Shown piece after piece: positions 58,721-64,000 of a stretch of 64,000 nt of DNA. The notes beneath the pieces are model-generated. The model did no database searches, was not told where the DNA came from, and saw only the letters and a program-made list of their open reading frames with translations. Made by a program: the position numbers and the translations under genes. Positions within the stretch are counted from its first letter, which is position 1, and every line of letters begins with the position of its first letter. Origin of the DNA: a virus (lineage: Duplodnaviria; Caudoviricetes); the IMG/VR virus record IMGVR_UViG_3300050142_000050, positions 160,001 to 224,000 of that record; one strand, written 5' to 3'.

Positions 58721-58750
58721 ATGAGAGAGGGGCAGCTGCCCCTCTCTCAT
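58721..58750. terminator. 30-bp perfect palindrome
   Basis: ATGAGAGAGGGGCAGCTGCCCCTCTCTCAT. Confidence 0.7.
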
Positions 58751-58767
58751 GTCATTATATTTCAACC

Positions 58768-58784
58768 TCATATTACTCTAGTGA
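58768..58784 (+). promoter_or_regulatory. candidate early promoter
   Basis: TCATATTACTCTAGTGA, 14/17 match to the other two copies, directly after a hairpin. Confidence 0.65.
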
Positions 58785-58827
58785 GGTGAACGAGTCACCG
58801 AAGATTTATTTCACTAAGGAGGTCCTT

Positions 58828-59232
58828 ATGAATCTTTTTGTAATCACCCGTCGGCCCGAGTACAAAGACACTCTGGAATCTTTGTATATCGAAGCCGGCG
58901 ATAAACGACTACACCTGCTCGATCACCACTTCATTATTGACCCGATTACACCGGATGGCTGTCCGCAGTTTATCGTCAACTTCCGCGAGATGTCGGCTCA
59001 AGAAATCGAGCAGCATATCACGAGTGTCATCGATCGTGAATGTCGGGGTATGATTCTTTTCACAAATGATCCGAAAGCTATCATACCTCTGCGCGTGATG
59101 CACATCGATTTCGTGGAAGGTATCTCTCACAAGTGTAAATCGTTGTATATCGATAACATCCGAGAGGAACTTCTTGACGCATATCAGCGCAATCGCGAAC
59201 ACAATCTTTACGATAAGTTCATCAAGAACTGA
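58828..59232 (+). CDS. early hypothetical protein
   Basis: AAGGAGG RBS before ATG 58828, first gene after the promoter motif. Confidence 0.7.
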   Translation: MNLFVITRRPEYKDTLESLYIEAGDKRLHLLDHHFIIDPITPDGCPQFIVNFREMSAQEIEQHITSVIDRECRGMILFTNDPKAIIPLRVMHIDFVEGISHKCKSLYIDNIREELLDAYQRNREHNLYDKFIKN

Positions 59233-59279
59233 ACTCGTCTGTCGTATAATTCTACATTTTTCTGAGGTCAGAAAAGATC

Positions 59280-60479
59280 ATGAACAGCTACAATCAAGAA
59301 ACGCGCCTGTACTACACTCGTGGTAAGGCTGCTCCCTCCAAGACTAAGGTCATCGCGAAGCCCTCTCCTATCCAGGACAAGAAGAAGCTCGCTTCCTTGA
59401 TTATTACCCTGTCCATGATTGCAGGTATCCTTTCCATGAACACCAAAAGTGAGGGTGCAAACTCGCTTCCTCATCGTGAATATCCTATCACTTCTCAGGG
59501 CTATGACGTAGAGATATCGGCCAAACCCAAACTGGTGGACTTCAAGTCCATCCGTACTCAAACCTCCAAAGGTAAGATGGGTGCTGAGTATGGTCGTCTC
59601 CTGGGTCTACCTGTCGAGAGTGCTGAAGCTATCGATGTCCCCAAAGTCGCCAATGTGAATTGGGAGAAGTCGATCTCTCACCTCTGGGATCTCAAACTGG
59701 GTCGTCGTAATGTGAGCGACTCGGCACGAGCCAATGCCAGTAAGGTGGTATCTGATTATGCTAACAAACCCAAGGATCTTAAGACGATCTCTCAGTTTGT
59801 GAAGCAGGTGGACCGCAGTGCTGTCGAGATGCATGCTCAGATCGATTTTAAGGCACTGTGCAGCGCCGTCAATGTCGAGCACTGCTCGTCACTCGTCCGT
59901 CTGACGAAACGCATCAGAGGGCGTAATCTGGTCAGCTACGGCATGACCGAACTCTTCCCCAGCGACAATGGGGAATTCAACTACATCGCTTTGGACACAA
60001 TCCTGCGTAATGCAGGTGAGACCTATCTCGATGCAGTACCTGCTGGTTATGATCGCCTCCTCTCGAAGGGCTTCTATCAGTTCACGTCCTTTGCCATCCG
60101 TCGTGATGACTCTGGTCGTATGGGTGGTGTGACGATCGTCGACACCTATGCTGGTAAGAAGTTGGGTGATTCGGTTATCGGTCTCGACTATAAGGATGCC
60201 CATAAGGCAGCCTATGCGATGGCTGTGTATAACCTGGCTCAGGTCATGCGCACGATGAGTGCCCGTGATGCTGACACACTGGCCACCAAGTGCGATATCG
60301 CACAAGTGACTGAAGCGATCGCTATCGCTCATCACCTCCCGGCTGATGCCTGGGTCGCTACCCGTACTTGGGTGTCCCATGGCTGCTCGAAGCCTATCCA
60401 GTCCTATTTGACAAAAGCTTTGGTTATCTATGCCGATAAGACGGCTAGTAACTACAAAGCGCTTTCTGCCCACATTTAA
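59280..60479 (+). CDS. membrane-anchored possible lysozyme-fold/lytic transglycosylase
   Basis: TM near N-terminus; GMTE (candidate catalytic Glu), SKGFYQFT (GxxQ motif), AIAIAHH (A..YN-like position). Confidence 0.45.
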   Translation: MNSYNQETRLYYTRGKAAPSKTKVIAKPSPIQDKKKLASLIITLSMIAGILSMNTKSEGANSLPHREYPITSQGYDVEISAKPKLVDFKSIRTQTSKGKMGAEYGRLLGLPVESAEAIDVPKVANVNWEKSISHLWDLKLGRRNVSDSARANASKVVSDYANKPKDLKTISQFVKQVDRSAVEMHAQIDFKALCSAVNVEHCSSLVRLTKRIRGRNLVSYGMTELFPSDNGEFNYIALDTILRNAGETYLDAVPAGYDRLLSKGFYQFTSFAIRRDDSGRMGGVTIVDTYAGKKLGDSVIGLDYKDAHKAAYAMAVYNLAQVMRTMSARDADTLATKCDIAQVTEAIAIAHHLPADAWVATRTWVSHGCSKPIQSYLTKALVIYADKTASNYKALSAHI

Positions 60480-60497
60480 CAAGGAAGGATTTCTCCT

Positions 60498-60833
60498 ATG
60501 CTTTTACTCGCTGTATTGATCGGTGTATCCTCGCACGTGTCATCGCCTTCGCATGGTTCATCTATTGCTACGCATGCGGCTGTGCGAGCAGCTACTGCCG
60601 GACATAGTTCGTCGACGACTCACTCGACTCACTACGATGACCATCAGGATACCAAGGGTCCCGGTCAGGTACCGACCCAGTCGGGCGAGCGCCCTATGCC
60701 TCCTCGGGGTTGGTATTTCATCGACGATGAACTCGGTGTGTTCCGCATGATCGATCGGGCGAATTGTCGTGTGATGCAGGCCAACTTTGGCACTCACACG
60801 CGTTGCGTCTTCACTTCCATGGTTCGCGAATAA
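60498..60833 (+). CDS. small secreted/membrane protein
   Basis: Signal-like N-terminus, Ser/His-rich linker. Confidence 0.55.
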   Translation: MLLLAVLIGVSSHVSSPSHGSSIATHAAVRAATAGHSSSTTHSTHYDDHQDTKGPGQVPTQSGERPMPPRGWYFIDDELGVFRMIDRANCRVMQANFGTHTRCVFTSMVRE

Positions 60834-60882
60834 CTGAGGACTGAGACAAGTACCGTCTCCTATTACAAAAAGGATCATTCCC

Positions 60883-61539
60883 ATGGTGAATCCCATTTTC
60901 GAATCGATGATCAAGGACTACCCGCTGATCGTGGCCAAGAAGAGCCCGGTGCTCTACTATCTGACTGTGGAAGATGGCTACTACATCGGTCTGTCCTACT
61001 GTCGTCGTACGACTGACGGACAGTTCGGTCGTATCACCCGAGTGGCTCTGGATCGTCATTGGTACCCGGTCCGTGAATTGCGTCCTCATCGTCACAATGA
61101 CGATCTCAAGATCGATTATCATCTGATCACACCCAAGCTACTGGAAGAAGCCACTGCTGTGATCCATGCACTGGCTCCGCATTCTGGTGTATTACCGGCA
61201 TTCCCCCCGGCGGTGCCTCTGTATCATGGTGCGCAGGCGATCATCGACATCATCACTCGACAGATCGTGGGCTACGCAGTATCGTCTCCGAGCGAAGGTC
61301 TTGTCATCCAGACCATGGATAGTCCGGATACCGGCAAACCAATCGGGTCGAAGACCATCCGTGAGGCCGAGTATCAGATCTACGCACCGCGTTTGCGTAA
61401 TGTGATGCTCGCAGACTTCCGGGCGGGAACTCTCGATCCTTACTATTCGGACATCCCCGAATACGGAGTCGAGGTGAAAGCCCCCAAGGCTCCCAAGAAG
61501 TTTGTCGGCCATGTCAAGGACCTCCAGCCGACTGGGTGA
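60883..61539 (+). CDS. hypothetical protein
   Basis: 218 aa, AAGGA RBS. Confidence 0.7.
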   Translation: MVNPIFESMIKDYPLIVAKKSPVLYYLTVEDGYYIGLSYCRRTTDGQFGRITRVALDRHWYPVRELRPHRHNDDLKIDYHLITPKLLEEATAVIHALAPHSGVLPAFPPAVPLYHGAQAIIDIITRQIVGYAVSSPSEGLVIQTMDSPDTGKPIGSKTIREAEYQIYAPRLRNVMLADFRAGTLDPYYSDIPEYGVEVKAPKAPKKFVGHVKDLQPTG

Positions 61540-61543
61540 TCCC

Positions 61544-61864
61544 ATGACTCCACACCTAATCACAAATCCGATCATCGAACAGTACTGTTCCTTCGGTAGT
61601 CACGAAAACATATATCAGACGATGATCAGTTATGGAATGACCCCTGGTCAAAGATCGACCGCAGACCTATGGGGTCGAACGGTACCTACCATCGAGAATG
61701 AAGACGATGGTAGTGTCAGGTTCATTCTCAGGATCACCCTCAAACGAGGTACCCTCGAAGGTATCATGAGTGTCGGTCATGTCAGCGAGCACAAGCAGTC
61801 GATAATCGATACCGCTGAGCAAATCCTGGTATTCTTCACCACCAGTCCTACAGGAGTCGCATAA
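61544..61864 (+). CDS. hypothetical protein
   Basis: Co-oriented, tightly packed. Confidence 0.5.
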   Translation: MTPHLITNPIIEQYCSFGSHENIYQTMISYGMTPGQRSTADLWGRTVPTIENEDDGSVRFILRITLKRGTLEGIMSVGHVSEHKQSIIDTAEQILVFFTTSPTGVA

Positions 61865-62101
61865 ATGCGCCGCTATCGAGTAACAGAAGGACAGTTACTG
61901 AGGTGCAAAATCACGGGCGTGGTCTCTAAGGTACTCGATGTGCGCAGGCACATCGTGTATCTGGAGTGCAACGATCAGTCCCGAGTCGAGTTACCGCTCG
62001 ACACCGTGATCGAGAACCTCACTCCCATCAGTCGCAATGAAAAGGGGAACCGTTATGGTCGAGGAGACCGACGAGTACGTCGCCAGCAAAAAGCGGCGTA
62101 A
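61865..62101 (+). CDS. small basic hypothetical protein
   Basis: AGGAG RBS; abuts upstream stop. Confidence 0.5.
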   Translation: MRRYRVTEGQLLRCKITGVVSKVLDVRRHIVYLECNDQSRVELPLDTVIENLTPISRNEKGNRYGRGDRRVRRQQKAA

Positions 62102-62216
62102 GAACAAAGATACCCGCAGACCCACTCCTAATGTGGGCGGCACTGTGGCTCTGAGTGTGGCGCTCTTTGCCTTATCGGTATACATCATCGTCACGCATGG
62201 ATCCTAGGAGATCATC

Positions 62217-63074
62217 ATGGATATAGAGCTAAACAACCCAATCCTCGCGGTGTGCTCCAAGAAGTACGCCGAGATCGAAACCATCATCCCTGAAACAAAG
62301 ACGCCTACTCTGGCGATCGATGTGGATCTGGAGACATGGTCTCTTCGGAAGGACGCTGACATCCGTTCCATCGGTGCGACTGTCAGTTGGACTTCGCACT
62401 GCACTACATTCGACGCATCCTCAGTGAAACTGAAGAAGCCATTCTTCTACCGGGCGTGTTATAACCCGGTCGTTTCGGCGAACAAGGACGGCGTGGCTCG
62501 CCGTATGTTCGATCTCCATATCGATCCCAAAACGAGCAAGTGGTGGGAAGATCTCTTGAATGGTCCCAAGGGCGAATTCTACAAGCGCTCGTTTGATAAT
62601 CCCGAGCGACTCGATCGCGTCCTCATCGAGTTCTTTGCATGGATCGATGATCTCAAGAAGGAGACCGAAGCTCAGGAGGTCATCATCTATGCAAATGGAT
62701 CTCACTTCGATCTACCCATTCTGATGAATGCTATCCATGAGACTGGGGTAACACCATCTATCCACTATCGTGCACCGCGTGATACACGCACGATGTTACA
62801 GGACGTCTCGAATCGTCACGGTACCACGCCGGCTCAGCTGGCGAAGCTTCTGTCATTCGAATGCGAGCATCATGCGCTATTCGATGCCTTAGTGGGAAGC
62901 CTTCTTCACCATGTAGGTAAATACGGCCTGGAGCCTGAACGTACTTTCCGATCCGATCTCTGCGAGCTAGTCGACTCCTCGGGACGGGCCCACAAGGGGA
63001 TCTTCGACAAGTTGTATGGTGAAGGGAAGTTCGAGGAGTTTCTCAGTGGCTTACGTGGAGGTTTGGCTGGGTAG
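62217..63074 (+). CDS. DEDDh 3'-5' exonuclease (Rv2179c/DUF5051-like)
   Basis: DVDLETW (ExoI), YANGSHFDLPIL (ExoII), HHALFDA (ExoIII). Confidence 0.85.
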   Translation: MDIELNNPILAVCSKKYAEIETIIPETKTPTLAIDVDLETWSLRKDADIRSIGATVSWTSHCTTFDASSVKLKKPFFYRACYNPVVSANKDGVARRMFDLHIDPKTSKWWEDLLNGPKGEFYKRSFDNPERLDRVLIEFFAWIDDLKKETEAQEVIIYANGSHFDLPILMNAIHETGVTPSIHYRAPRDTRTMLQDVSNRHGTTPAQLAKLLSFECEHHALFDALVGSLLHHVGKYGLEPERTFRSDLCELVDSSGRAHKGIFDKLYGEGKFEEFLSGLRGGLAG

Positions 63075-63371
63075 TGTCGATGCAGGTATAGCCGATCAGC
63101 GAGAGTTCGCTAACGAGGAAATCGGTATAGACATCGATCTCCTCTATGCTCTACGCAAGTATCAGTACGAAGCTTCTCTGAGAAAGCGTGATCTCGATGT
63201 GCTGACACCATCTACACCTTTCCTTCTGGATAGGGTCACTATCGGCGAACCCGTGTGTAAGAACTCCCGCAGACGTATCCTCATTGCAATCAAGGGATAC
63301 GACGGTCCCAAAAGACCCGGGTGGTAAGCGCTACCCAATTTTTATCACAATAGAAGTGAGGTCACTTTGAC

Positions 63372-64000
63372 ATGAGCAGTCCTAAGAAGAAAGAAAACCC
63401 CGAGGTGCGGGCTATGTCCAATCGAATTTACAACGAATTCGAATTGGCTACCTTTCAGGGTAGGAGCAAAGATGCAGAACAATTACATCGTGAATATCTG
63501 GAAATCATGGACAAGTTGGGTGTGGCACAAGCTTCCGATCTCATCGCTTATGCGACATCGGAGACGATCGATGAGCTCCGTGAACTGGTGACAGCGATCA
63601 CGGATCGCACTCCACACTCTAAAGCGTGGTTGTCGAAGAGGATCGGGATGGCATCGACCTTCCTGATCGATGTGATGGAAGATCGTCGCAAGTTGCGTGA
63701 AGACCAGGCTAATGCAGCCTTAGGTGGTCTGCGACAATTCATCGCAGAACAAGGTATCGACATCGATGCTCCCACTCGTGCGGAGATGGTCAAGAAGGTC
63801 TTCACCGAAATAGCTCTCGAGATCGATGTGACCTACAGCAGACTCTCGAACATCTTCACGGGTACGTCGACCAGCGACATCCACAAAGCTGCTGAGCAAG
63901 GTCGATCGATTTCGGCTGAGTACTATGAGGCCGGTATGAGCCGGCTCTATGATTGGATGAATAGGAATCCAATCTCAAAGCAATACATCCACATATTACC
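63372..64000 (+). CDS. possible tandem XRE-like HTH protein, truncated by window edge (not in ORF track)
   Basis: Hand translation MSSPKKKENPEVRAMSNR..; HSKAWLSKRIGMASTFLIDVMEDRRKL and ALEIDVTYSRLSNIFTG HTH-like segments; frame open to 64000. Confidence 0.55.
   Translation, partial: MSSPKKKENPEVRAMSNRIYNEFELATFQGRSKDAEQLHREYLEIMDKLGVAQASDLIAYATSETIDELRELVTAITDRTPHSKAWLSKRIGMASTFLIDVMEDRRKLREDQANAALGGLRQFIAEQGIDIDAPTRAEMVKKVFTEIALEIDVTYSRLSNIFTGTSTSDIHKAAEQGRSISAEYYEAGMSRLYDWMNRNPISKQYIHIL

Noticed and set aside
63016-63327. ORF between exonuclease and HTH gene
   Set aside because: No clear start codon with RBS after the exonuclease stop; it may be coding but I cannot fix its boundaries
63991-64000. 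CATATTACC resembling the early promoter core
   Set aside because: It lies inside an open frame (..HIL) and is cut by the window edge, so AGTGA cannot be checked
1-64000. Stop-codon reassignment, introns or programmed frameshifts
   Set aside because: TAA, TAG and TGA all end genes, and conserved proteins (sheath, terL, RNR, LigA) are full length in one frame
1-64000. CRISPR array, tRNA or rRNA genes
   Set aside because: No regularly spaced direct repeats or cloverleaf/T-loop signatures seen by eye; the hairpins differ in sequence and are dispersed. A tRNAscan-SE run would be decisive

Overview
The window is part of a phiKZ-like (Chimalliviridae-type) jumbo myophage genome in the standard genetic code. 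All assignments come from motif recognition and recalled family knowledge; no searches were run, and phiKZ gp numbers are from memory. Bases 1-26 kb form a late/structural block: a gp128-like protein cut by the window edge, a portal candidate, tail tube and sheath, baseplate-type proteins, four paralogous inner-head proteins with A-x-E cleavage sites, the virion RNAP beta-prime C-terminal subunit, the prohead protease, an InPase-ClpP fusion followed by a catalytically dead ClpP paralog, and a terminase large subunit with a class 3 mini-intein in Walker A. An alphaproteobacterial-looking class Ia RNR (nrdA/nrdB) follows. About 34 kb of densely packed, all plus-strand early/accessory genes fill the rest: NAD-dependent ligase, BCS1-like AAA ATPase, GNAT, Tad2-like protein, a protein with a BrnA-antitoxin-like segment, DEDDh exonuclease, DUF4326, a possible lytic transglycosylase and many small or membrane hypotheticals. 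Non-coding signals are three copies of a 17-nt early-promoter-like motif (TCATATTACYMKAGTGA), 21 polarized purine/pyrimidine hairpins between genes and a recurring translation-initiation leader. I saw no tRNA, rRNA or CRISPR array. The most interesting leads are the InPase-ClpP/pseudo-ClpP pair, the BrnA-like segment and the shared head-protein propeptide.
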